A program made the position numbers and the translations under genes. Positions 39,199 to 47,287 of a stretch of 56,376 bases of DNA are shown one piece after another. This DNA is from an uncultured Dehalococcoidaceae bacterium (GTDB lineage Bacteria > Chloroflexota > Dehalococcoidia > Dehalococcoidales > RBG-16-60-22). The DNA is taken from the NCBI GenBank assembly GCA_964638295.1, contig CAZWYS010000002.1, positions 1-56,376 of the forward strand, read 5' to 3'. Position 1 is the first letter of the stretch. Each line of letters starts with the position of its first letter. The notes under the pieces were generated by a model, which saw only the letters and a program-made list of their open reading frames with translations, was not told the origin of the DNA and ran no database searches.

Positions 39199-40581
39199 TT
39201 AATGAGCCGCCGGTGAATACTCTTTTTCTATCTTTCTACGTAGTTGGAACAAGAATCCACTTTCATCCATGGTAACGTCGTCGTAAGTAATAAAGGAATC
39301 CTTAGCCACGTTTCGGGTCAATTTGGCCTTTTCGCTCAATTCTACTGGCAGATATTTTTTCGCAAAGCTCTGCTCTGCCGGCACTAACCGGCCGAAGATA
39401 GCATATCCACCTGGACCGTCAATAACATCGCCGGCCTTCAAGTCTTTTTTAGCCGTGGCGACAACATCACCCGCCACCGAAACTGGCGTACCCGTTGGCG
39501 CATTAAATAAGCCGACCTGAGCAACGCTAAAACCCAATTCCAGTCCAAGGATATGGATTGGACGGAATAGCATCGAGTATTTGCCCGAAGAGTCCGTTAG
39601 TATTCGGTTTTGATTGTTAAAGTAAGTCATGAAGTGACTTACATATTCAGAACGGCCTTTAAATACGGTATAAACGCCCCACAAAGGACCCCAGTGGGGG
39701 CTCTGTATCAACACCTTCCCATCCCGCGTCCTGACGGATGGCACCTCCACAGTGCCGCTGTGCTCTAAAATGCCGCCCTCTGAAATAGGCTTGAGCATAT
39801 TGGGTGAATCGTCATATGATACCACCGGGTACGTTAAGCCGCGCTTCTGTGGAATGAGATTACAGGCGTTGGCTACCGAGCACATTTCAATGGCTGTTTT
39901 GGTACCGTCGACAAAAGAAGTATACATCTTCGTGTTGAAATGCCCGCTCTTTACTTGCTCTTCAGAATATCCGTAGTGTTCCCAGACGTTGTCCGGAGTA
40001 GTATATTCCTGTCCAACCTTGTGTAGTTTGTAGTCCCCGGCGCAGACGACTTCAAAACCAAAGGTTCGCACCCAGTCAATCTGTTCACAGAGACAAGCCG
40101 GCTGGTCACCATAACCCAGCGAATACACAAGGCCCTTCTTGTCGGCCAATTGTTTGAGCGCACTTCCCACCAGATGGTCAGCTTCAACGGTCACCGTGAT
40201 GACATGCTTTCCTGATTCCAGTGCCTTCCAGGAATGATAGGCTCCGGCTTCAGCAACTCCGGTAACTTCGATAACGATGTCAAGCTCGGCACCAATCAAT
40301 TGCTCCGCATCTTCGGTCAAAACTACTTTCCCACTTCTGGCGCCATCATTTATTTCGTTAACGGTGTTAGCCAAGGAAATGCTCCCTTCCGACCAGCCAG
40401 CTTTGGTGCATACCTCCCGAGCCTTCCCGATGTCCAATTCAGCAACGCTCACCAGCTTTATGCCAGGAATGAACGGCGACTGGGCAATAAACTGGGCAGA
40501 GTACCTGCCAGCACCTATGATGCCAACTCTAATCGGCTTACCAATTGCCTCCCTTTGTTTGAGAAGATTGTACATATTCAT
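39199..40581 (-). CDS. NAD(P)-dependent oxidoreductase with a C-terminal SAF domain (COG4091 'predicted homoserine dehydrogenase' type)
   Basis: 460 aa. Rossmann VGIIGAGRYS, and a SAF-like beta-clip region KKDLKAGDVIDGPGGY. Last gene of the TRAP operon. Confidence 0.65.
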   Translation of the reverse strand: MNMYNLLKQREAIGKPIRVGIIGAGRYSAQFIAQSPFIPGIKLVSVAELDIGKAREVCTKAGWSEGSISLANTVNEINDGARSGKVVLTEDAEQLIGAELDIVIEVTGVAEAGAYHSWKALESGKHVITVTVEADHLVGSALKQLADKKGLVYSLGYGDQPACLCEQIDWVRTFGFEVVCAGDYKLHKVGQEYTTPDNVWEHYGYSEEQVKSGHFNTKMYTSFVDGTKTAIEMCSVANACNLIPQKRGLTYPVVSYDDSPNMLKPISEGGILEHSGTVEVPSVRTRDGKVLIQSPHWGPLWGVYTVFKGRSEYVSHFMTYFNNQNRILTDSSGKYSMLFRPIHILGLELGFSVAQVGLFNAPTGTPVSVAGDVVATAKKDLKAGDVIDGPGGYAIFGRLVPAEQSFAKKYLPVELSEKAKLTRNVAKDSFITYDDVTMDESGFLFQLRRKIEKEYSPAAH

Positions 40582-40695
40582 TTAAAAACCTCCCTAACTT
40601 GATAATTACAGCAAAGGCAAACTGGTACCTTGCTGACACCAGCATTGCCTGTGCGCCGGGTCGCACTTTTCCCTGGCGCCAGATTTCTACTCCAG

Positions 40696-41661
40696 TTAGC
40701 CTTTCCCTGGCTTATCTTGTAGTCCCTCCACGAAATATTTATCGGGCAGTTTCTCACCTCCCCACCTGGCTGCCCTCTCATCTTTGGGTAGAAATTTCTC
40801 TTCGTATTCTTCGACTTCAGGTAGCCTTATAACCTCCTGCACTATTTCCCAGGGGAACGCTCTGCCTTCTCCGACAAGATCGGGGAGCCTTCCTGCTTCT
40901 TTGATCTCCATCGCAGCATCGTATACTGCCTTTGGAGCGACGGTGAACGCCAACTCCGGCAGTATGTGCATAGCATATCCCATCTCAGCCATTTCTTTAA
41001 ATGTCAGGCCGTATCTATGACTGAAGGCTCCTTGTAGAAATAGCGGCGGCTCCAACTGCTTTGCATCTTCTATTATGTCTTTTACATCACGAGGTGCTTC
41101 TGGGAATAACACATCTGCCCCGGCCTTTTTATAGGCTCTTAATCTATCGTACATGCCTTCGTTTCCTTCAATGGCTCTGGCATCACAACGCGCAATGATA
41201 ATCAAATTAGGGTCTTCTCTGGCTTCAACACAAGCCCTTATCTTGCCAACCATTTCTTCTTTGGAAACAAGAAGTTTTCCCTTCATGAAACCACACTTTT
41301 TTGACCCTGCCTGGTCCTCTATATGGAATGCCGCCATACCCGCCTGCTCAAACTCCCTCATGGCACGTATCACGTTAACCGCGTTACCATAACCGGTATC
41401 CATATCGGTGATGAGCGGAATGTTAATGGCATTACAAATATTTTTAATGGTCAAAAACATCTCCGTCATCGTGGTCAGACCGACATCAGTCCAGGCCAGC
41501 ATACCGGCTCCGACACCATGACCTGTCATATAAACGGCTTCGTAGCCGGCTTTCTCAAAGACCCTGGCGGTCAACGCATCGTATGCTCCCGGTGCCAGTA
41601 TGAATTCCCCTTTATCCAGCTTCTTCCTCAACTTGGCTCTTAATATCTTGAATTTTTCCAT
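40696..41661 (-). CDS. Isocitrate lyase/PEP mutase-superfamily protein, paralog 1 (KKCGF variant)
   Basis: 321 aa. GAYDALTARV, DMDTGYGN, EDQ...KKCGFMKGK. Confidence 0.85.
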   Translation of the reverse strand: MEKFKILRAKLRKKLDKGEFILAPGAYDALTARVFEKAGYEAVYMTGHGVGAGMLAWTDVGLTTMTEMFLTIKNICNAINIPLITDMDTGYGNAVNVIRAMREFEQAGMAAFHIEDQAGSKKCGFMKGKLLVSKEEMVGKIRACVEAREDPNLIIIARCDARAIEGNEGMYDRLRAYKKAGADVLFPEAPRDVKDIIEDAKQLEPPLFLQGAFSHRYGLTFKEMAEMGYAMHILPELAFTVAPKAVYDAAMEIKEAGRLPDLVGEGRAFPWEIVQEVIRLPEVEEYEEKFLPKDERAARWGGEKLPDKYFVEGLQDKPGKG

Positions 41662-41778
41662 ACTACTTTCCTCCTATCTATTGTAAATAATTAAATAATC
41701 CAGACTGTCTGGAAACTCATTCTGCCAGATGACTTAAGCCATAAAGCAAATCTCACCTTGGGACTAACCCCAGAGTGA

Positions 41779-42747
41779 TTACGGCATCCCCTCAATATAG
41801 TAGGTGTCCGCCTCGGGCAGCTTCTCGCTCTTCCACCGTTTCATCTTTACTTCTTTTGGCAGGTAGATATCTTCGATACGTTGTGCCTCAGGTAGTCGTA
41901 TGAGGTCTTGTATTTCTTTCCAGGCAAATTGCTTGCCCTGCTTGACGTAGTCCGGGTATATCCCGGTCTCTTTCAGCTCGACCGCTACATCGTATAGGGC
42001 TTTTGGCGCGATGGTGAACCCTATCTCAGGCACTATCACAACAGAATAGCCCATATCAGCGACATCCTTGAAGGTGAGACCGTACCTAGGCCCAAGCCAG
42101 TTGCCAATCAGGTAGAGCGGGGCCTTCTCTTTAAGACGTTTGGCGTCTTGCCTTATGTCCTCCCCATCGCGGGGGGCTTCCGGGTAAAGCAAATCGGCAC
42201 CAGCTTCGGCGTACGCCGCGAGCCTTTCGTACATGCTTTCCGGGCCTTCAACTGCCCTTGCATCACAACGCACTACTATCAGCAAGTTAGGGTCCTCTCT
42301 TGCATCTGTCGCCGCTTTAATCTTGCCTATCATCTCCTCTTTAGAGATAAGGGCCTTGCCCTTCATGAAGCCGCATTTCTTTGGCATAGCCTGGTCCTCC
42401 ATCTGGACCATTGCCACCCCGGCCTGCTCAAATTCCCTGATGGCACGCACGACATTAACGGCGTTGCCATAACCCGTGTCCATATCTGAGATGAGAGGAA
42501 TGTTAATGGCGTTGCAGATATTCCTGGCTGCCCAAACCATTTCCGTCATTGTGGTCAGGCCGACATCGGTCCATGCCAGCATAGAAGCGCCGATGCCGTG
42601 TCCCGTCATGTATACGGCCTCATAGCCAGCCTTCTCGAATACTCTCGCCGAAAGCGCATCATACGCGCCCAGGGCGGTAACGAGTTCACCTTTATCCACC
42701 TTTTCCCGTAACTTTCGCCTTAAGATCTTGAACTTTTCCGTTTTCAA
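41779..42747 (-). CDS. Isocitrate lyase/PEP mutase-superfamily protein, paralog 2 (KKCGF variant)
   Basis: 322 aa. About two-thirds identical to paralog 1 by eye, with the same motifs. Confidence 0.85.
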   Translation of the reverse strand: MKTEKFKILRRKLREKVDKGELVTALGAYDALSARVFEKAGYEAVYMTGHGIGASMLAWTDVGLTTMTEMVWAARNICNAINIPLISDMDTGYGNAVNVVRAIREFEQAGVAMVQMEDQAMPKKCGFMKGKALISKEEMIGKIKAATDAREDPNLLIVVRCDARAVEGPESMYERLAAYAEAGADLLYPEAPRDGEDIRQDAKRLKEKAPLYLIGNWLGPRYGLTFKDVADMGYSVVIVPEIGFTIAPKALYDVAVELKETGIYPDYVKQGKQFAWKEIQDLIRLPEAQRIEDIYLPKEVKMKRWKSEKLPEADTYYIEGMP

Positions 42748-42803
42748 ACCCTCCTTTGCTCGAGTACTTAACTTGGACCTACAGGCAGACGGTTTTCGTT
42801 AGG

Positions 42804-43742
42804 TCACTGCTTGTTTCCTCTCGAGTATTTACGGCTCAGCGTTTCCTCCGGTAGATACATTTTTTCCATATCCCAGACTTTGTCTAGACCCATTACATTC
42901 CCGAACTCGTAAAAGTCCATGAGATTCTCACGATACGATGCCACATTACCTGTTTCTCTTAGTTGATTGAGGGCGTCCTTCATAGCCTTGGCTGCGGCGA
43001 GCCACGTTGTGGCTGGGAAAGTTATAATCTTAAACCCGATCTCCTCCGCCTCCTTGACCGTAATCAGAGGTGTCAGTCCACCTACCTCCACCATGTTTAA
43101 CATCAGCGGCGCAGTGCTTTCAGCGACCGCTTTCTTCATATCATCCAGGCTTTTCAGGGCTTCGACGAACCCCAGGTCAATGCCTGCCTCATGACACAGA
43201 TTCACCCTTTCAATGGCGTCTTCTATGCCATTCACCGCAATAGCATCTGTTCTCAGCATCAGGGTAAAGGTCGGGTCCTGTTCGTTTCTTGCCCTCACGG
43301 CAGCACGTGCTCTACCAAGCAACTCCTCCTTGGATATAACCTCTTTGCCAGCCATGTGGCCACACCTCTTGGGCCACGCCTGGTCCTCGAAGAAGAGACC
43401 GCTTGCTCCAGCCCATATAAATTCCTTTACCGTCCGGTATACGTTAATCGCATTGCCATAGCCTGTATCCGCATCGGCAAACAACGGTATATTGACCGCC
43501 TTGGCCATCCGGTAGACTTTCCACTGCATTTCGCCAAAACACATAAGCCCCACATCCGACTGTCCGATAGTGCTGGCGGAACTGCCATAGCCGGAGTGAC
43601 CAATAGTGTCAAAGCCTGCCTGCTCTATGAGCCTTGCGCTTACGGTGTCGTAAGCCCCGGGCTGCACGATAATCCCCGGTCTTGCCAGTAACTCTCTGAA
43701 TCTTTTTCGCTTATCTGCGTCAATTCTCTGCGTGTCAAGCAT
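42804..43742 (-). CDS. Isocitrate lyase/PEP mutase-superfamily lyase, paralog 3 (canonical KRCGHM signature; methylisocitrate/dimethylmalate-lyase-like)
   Basis: 312 aa. GAYDTVSARL, DADTGYGN, EDQAWPKRCGHMAGK. Confidence 0.85.
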   Translation of the reverse strand: MLDTQRIDADKRKRFRELLARPGIIVQPGAYDTVSARLIEQAGFDTIGHSGYGSSASTIGQSDVGLMCFGEMQWKVYRMAKAVNIPLFADADTGYGNAINVYRTVKEFIWAGASGLFFEDQAWPKRCGHMAGKEVISKEELLGRARAAVRARNEQDPTFTLMLRTDAIAVNGIEDAIERVNLCHEAGIDLGFVEALKSLDDMKKAVAESTAPLMLNMVEVGGLTPLITVKEAEEIGFKIITFPATTWLAAAKAMKDALNQLRETGNVASYRENLMDFYEFGNVMGLDKVWDMEKMYLPEETLSRKYSRGNKQ

Positions 43743-43826
43743 CTCTCGCTCTCCTCTCTAGTAACTCTCTGGATCTCCTCAATTCATCTGTATCACCTGA
43801 CTGGGCGTCCGGTACCCCCCTTCACA

Positions 43827-45167
43827 TCAGCCGCCGAAAGTGACCCTAGGCAGCCACAGGACTATGTCCGGGAAGATTGAGCAGAGCACAATGACGAAGA
43901 ATACTACGCAAATAAACGGGTAGACTCCCCTTATGATATCTCCGGTCTGGACACCGAGCTTCGGATCGGCTGCTCCACGCAAATAGAATATGGCTGTGGC
44001 GAACGGGGGGCTCAGGAACCCCATTTGGAGATTGACCACCACCATCATTACCGCCCAAAGCAGGTCAAAGCCCAGAATCTCAATGGCGGGGAGCAGGATG
44101 GGAACGATGATGAAGATAATCCCCATCCAGTCCATGAACATTCCAAGGATAAATACCAAGAACATGATCGCTGCGAAGCTTCCCCATCTTCCACCCGGAG
44201 CCGCCACTATGATTTCGGCAACGGCATCTCCCCCACCCAGGAGAAGAAAGATAGACGTATAAGCTACTGACAGAACCGCTATGAGCAGGACCATCCCGGT
44301 CAATCGCATCGTTTCATTTACGGCTTTCTTGAGGGAAGCAACCGAGAATCTCCGGTAGGCAATTACCATCAAAGTGGTGACAAACCCACCGAAGGCGGCG
44401 GCTTCTGTCGGAGATGCGAGACCCAGTATAATGCTGCCGAGCACTGCGAGAATGACTATGCCGGGTGGCACGAACGAAGTCAGCAGGAGGGACAGTCTTG
44501 CGGTAAAGGGCGTGGCACGTATCTCTTCCGCGGCGGCCGGAGGGCCTGCGGTGGGTTGTAGAACACAACGAATGGTAACATAGAGAACATACATGCCAGC
44601 CAGGAGAAATCCAGGTAGAAACGCCGCTCCGAACAGCCTTCCCACCGATATACCTGTGAGCGGCCCGAGAACCACCAGCATAATACTGGGGGGAATAAGG
44701 ATACCCAGAGTGCCGCCGGCACAAACTGAGCCTGCGGCTAAACTTTTTGAATAACCTCGCTTTACCATGGAGGGAAGGGCGATAAGTGTCAACATGCTCA
44801 CGGAGGCACCGATGACCCCTACACAGGTAGCTAGTACCGCGCCAAGGGCGATGGTGCTGGCGGCCAGTCCTCCGCGTAACCGACCCAAGAAGAGGAACAA
44901 TGCCCGGTACATCTTCTCAGCCAGTCCGGAACTTTCCAGAATAGACCCCATGTAGATGAACATGGGCAAAGCGAGCAAGGTGTAGCTGTGTATCTTACCG
45001 AACAACTGCATATAAATTACGTCGATGGAGCTCATTCCCCGAGTGAGCAGGCCAATAAAGAGCCCCACTGAGCCGACTGCCAGAGCCAAAGGAAACCCAC
45101 TCATCACCGCGACCACCAACGCCACCAGCATAACTATGGCAACAGTTTGTGGACCCAGTTCAATCAC
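43827..45167 (-). CDS. TRAP transporter large permease (DctM family)
   Basis: 446 aa, polytopic. ATGA overlap with the upstream small-subunit gene. Confidence 0.9.
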   Translation of the reverse strand: MIELGPQTVAIVMLVALVVAVMSGFPLALAVGSVGLFIGLLTRGMSSIDVIYMQLFGKIHSYTLLALPMFIYMGSILESSGLAEKMYRALFLFLGRLRGGLAASTIALGAVLATCVGVIGASVSMLTLIALPSMVKRGYSKSLAAGSVCAGGTLGILIPPSIMLVVLGPLTGISVGRLFGAAFLPGFLLAGMYVLYVTIRCVLQPTAGPPAAAEEIRATPFTARLSLLLTSFVPPGIVILAVLGSIILGLASPTEAAAFGGFVTTLMVIAYRRFSVASLKKAVNETMRLTGMVLLIAVLSVAYTSIFLLLGGGDAVAEIIVAAPGGRWGSFAAIMFLVFILGMFMDWMGIIFIIVPILLPAIEILGFDLLWAVMMVVVNLQMGFLSPPFATAIFYLRGAADPKLGVQTGDIIRGVYPFICVVFFVIVLCSIFPDIVLWLPRVTFGG

Positions 45168-45682
45168 GGTTGTTCTCCTACAGCGAGAAAGTAGATGTCA
45201 CGCACAAAGCCAGCGGCTCCCTGGAAGAAAAACAGAAGGAAGCCCACCATCATAAACGCCCTGCTCGGCCATATGGGGGGATACCAGATACTCACTATCC
45301 ATGTCTCATGGCTCACCCATGAGTCTATCAGCCACTGAGCACATACGTATGTGAGCAGCCCAAGCAAGGGGAACATGAACAACACAGTACAGACCGCACG
45401 TACGACGACTTGCTTTCTGAGTGAAAGCCGCCTATACAGGATGTCCATGCTAACGTGGGAGTGGTGCAGGTGTATATAGCCCCATGACAGGGGAATCAGT
45501 ATGCCCCCCATTATCATGACACTCTGATGTGCCCAGACGGTGGGACTATTGAAGAAATACCGTGCTACCACCTCATAGCTAGTAGCGAGTAGCATCCCTA
45601 TTACTACCCATCGTACGGTCAACCCCACCTTTTCGCTGACCTGGTCAGTGTTTCTCAGTAACCATTTCATGTCAGAAATCAA
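45164..45682 (-). CDS. TRAP transporter small permease (DctQ family)
   Basis: 172 aa, four predicted TM helices, positioned between the SBP and DctM genes. Confidence 0.8.
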   Translation of the reverse strand: MISDMKWLLRNTDQVSEKVGLTVRWVVIGMLLATSYEVVARYFFNSPTVWAHQSVMIMGGILIPLSWGYIHLHHSHVSMDILYRRLSLRKQVVVRAVCTVLFMFPLLGLLTYVCAQWLIDSWVSHETWIVSIWYPPIWPSRAFMMVGFLLFFFQGAAGFVRDIYFLAVGEQP

Positions 45683-45691
45683 TATCCTAAC

Positions 45692-45732
45692 CAGTCTTCT
45701 CTCCGCTCAACAAAGGAGCGGAGAGAAGACTG
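45692..45732 (-). promoter_or_regulatory. Perfect 17-bp intercistronic stem-loop between the TRAP SBP and permease genes
   Basis: CAGTCTTCTCTCCGCTC-AACAAAG-GAGCGGAGAGAAGACTG. It sits about 35 nt after the SBP stop and 10 nt before the dctQ-like ATG. No U-tract follows. Confidence 0.6.
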
Positions 45733-45766
45733 CCAATATGTTTGTGCTAATTGAGAAGGTGCGTCA

Positions 45767-46951
45767 TTACCTGACGCCCAGAGCGTCACACAGGTCCTTA
45801 AATCTGAACATGGACTCCAGCACCATGTCATACTCCGGGTCCGCAGCCCGTTTGGCTGCGTAGTATTCTCGAGCCGCCTCTATGTATGCTTGTTCCACCG
45901 CTACAGGCAAAGGCTCCACGATACACCCATAGTCAATGTATTTCTGCGCATACTCTCCCTCCAGTGCCACGGCTGGGGCCAAAACCCTCGCTGTCTCAAC
46001 GTTGAAGGCATCCATCACGATTTGCTGAAGGTCTGGTGTGAGTGCCTCCCATTTTGGCTTATATACGTTGATAGTGCCTTCGGTCATGGGCGCACGCGAG
46101 TAAGAGGTATAGTGATACTTCGCGATTTCGTGGAATCCTCGGGCATAGTCAACATAGAAAGTGTTTGATTCACAGGCGTCAATGACACCGCGCTGGGCTG
46201 ATTCATAGATCTCACTGCTCGGCATATATACGGTAGGCATCCCCATGTTATCTAAAATCTCCGCGCCGTCCCCGGTGGCTCGCATCTTAATATTTTTGAG
46301 GTCGTCGACGACCTTGATCGGCTTTGATGTATGAATCCACACCTCTCCGAGCTGCACCTGGGTCCACACGTACTGTAAGTCCCCCATATATTTGTCAAAC
46401 AAGCTCTGGATTATGTCTCTGCCTTCATACTCCACCCACAGCGAGAATTGCACCGCAGTCAGGCCTCCTGATACCTGTGACAACGGGGAGAACACTTCAG
46501 ACAAGCCCTTCAGATACGCAAATGAATTCTCTCCAGCATCAATTGCGCCCTTGTTGGCTGACATAAGCTCTTCACCCGCAGTCACAATTGCTCCTGCGGG
46601 ATGTAGTTTGATTACCAGACGCCCCCCGGCTGCGACATTACATCTTTCGACGGCTTCCTCAAACGCCCCATATTGGGGGTCGCCGGATTTATAGTGAGTC
46701 TGCATGACCCAGGTGATTGTCTTGGGGGCCTGAGCCGGAGCCGGTGCCGGGGCTGGGGCTGGAGCCGGCGCTGGGGCTGGAGCTGGGGCTGGAGCCGGGG
46801 CTGGGGCTGGAGCCGGCGCTGGGGCTGGTGCTGGGGCTGGAGCCGGCGCCGGAGCTGGGGCTGGGGCCGGTGCAGGGGCTGGTGCAGCACAAGCAATCAA
46901 GCCCGCGATTAACAACAATACTAACGGGATTAATAATATTTTCTTTTTCAT
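45767..46951 (-). CDS. TRAP transporter solute-binding lipoprotein (DctP family) with an (Ala-Pro)25 tether
   Basis: 394 aa. Signal peptide with lipobox LIAC, then A(AP)25AQAP, then a DctP-like domain of about 315 aa. RBS GGAGG. Confidence 0.85.
   Translation of the reverse strand: MKKKILLIPLVLLLIAGLIACAAPAPAPAPAPAPAPAPAPAPAPAPAPAPAPAPAPAPAPAPAPAPAPAPAPAQAPKTITWVMQTHYKSGDPQYGAFEEAVERCNVAAGGRLVIKLHPAGAIVTAGEELMSANKGAIDAGENSFAYLKGLSEVFSPLSQVSGGLTAVQFSLWVEYEGRDIIQSLFDKYMGDLQYVWTQVQLGEVWIHTSKPIKVVDDLKNIKMRATGDGAEILDNMGMPTVYMPSSEIYESAQRGVIDACESNTFYVDYARGFHEIAKYHYTSYSRAPMTEGTINVYKPKWEALTPDLQQIVMDAFNVETARVLAPAVALEGEYAQKYIDYGCIVEPLPVAVEQAYIEAAREYYAAKRAADPEYDMVLESMFRFKDLCDALGVR
46736..46885 (-). repeat. 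150-nt uninterrupted GCN-CCN coding microsatellite, (Ala-Pro)25
   Basis: I counted 25 consecutive Ala-Pro codon pairs. The plus-strand 16-mer CTGGGGCTGGAGCCGG recurs at 46753, 46783, 46801 and 46831. Confidence 0.9.
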
Positions 46952-47026
46952 CTGAAAACTCCTCCATTTAGACTTTGGTCGGCAAAAATTAAACTACTAC
47001 TGAAAGCTATCACCCCCTTTCTCTCT

Positions 47027-47052
47027 TATTTAGTTATTCTATTTAGTTATTC
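47027..47052. repeat. Perfect tandem 13-mer TATTTAGTTATTC x2 upstream of the TRAP operon
   Basis: Adjacent identical copies at 47027-47039 and 47040-47052, 76-101 nt upstream of the SBP ATG. Confidence 0.6.
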
Positions 47053-47231
47053 AAGCTAAATTTGCTTTTAACTAGATTTAGTCGCAGGATACCACTAATA
47101 CGATTATACCCAGGATTACAACGGAAGGAATCCCGGCTCCAGTTCACCCTGCTCTCCCCGACAGAACCCGCCTATAGACTTCATCCGCACCCGTCTGAAA
47201 AAGTTGAGGTTACCACAGAAATATACCCGAT

Positions 47232-47260
47232 AAGATAACACAAAATAGTATTTTTGTCAA
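47232..47260 (-). promoter_or_regulatory. Candidate TRAP-operon promoter TTGACA-N17-TATCTT with TG extension (TGTTATCTT)
   Basis: Read on the minus strand just downstream of the metK stop. It would give a leader of about 270 nt. An alternative TATAAT lies at 47103-47108. Confidence 0.4.
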
Positions 47261-47287
47261 CAAGTCTCCTAAGCTTCTATAACCAGG

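Noticed and set aside
40590-40695. Small ORFs (67 and 77 aa) and the palindrome CTGGCGCCAG in the gap between lyase paralog 1 and the dehydrogenase gene
   Set aside because: The ORFs overlap flanking genes and have no RBS or domain. The palindrome has no loop and there is no second copy. Only weak 5-bp hairpins are present.
41153-43461. Similar 79-82-aa plus-strand ORFs antisense to each of the three lyase paralogs (41153-41392, 42233-42472, 43213-43461), all ending ...LTALP/LIALP
   Set aside because: Their apparent conservation follows from the paralogy of the sense genes across the conserved motif region from DxDTGYGN through EDQ...KxCG. There is no RBS and the composition is hydrophobic/Ser-rich. 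I treat them as a by-product of the paralogy, although the open frame in all three copies is curious.
40696-43742. Possibility that the three paralogs are PEP mutases marking a phosphonate biosynthetic cluster
   Set aside because: The PEP-mutase-specific EDK-x5-NS motif is absent; all three read EDQ...K(K/R)CG(H/F). No phosphonopyruvate decarboxylase or other phosphonate genes are nearby.
46612-46971. Four additional ORFs (79-94 aa, both strands) spanning the Ala-Pro repeat
   Set aside because: (GCN-CCN)n and its complement contain no stop codon in the other frames. The translations (RLQPQ..., GWGWS..., SPSAG...) are just frame-shifted readings of the repeat.
47100-47170. Fragment resembling a tRNA T-arm or SRP-RNA helix 8 (CAACGGAAGGAATCCCGGCTCCAG), which could have been an att-site remnant or ncRNA
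   Set aside because: The putative T-stem pairs at only 3 of 5 positions and the loop is 6 nt. The GGAA tetraloop lacks a closing stem. The region is strongly strand-asymmetric in G versus C, so it cannot fold extensively.
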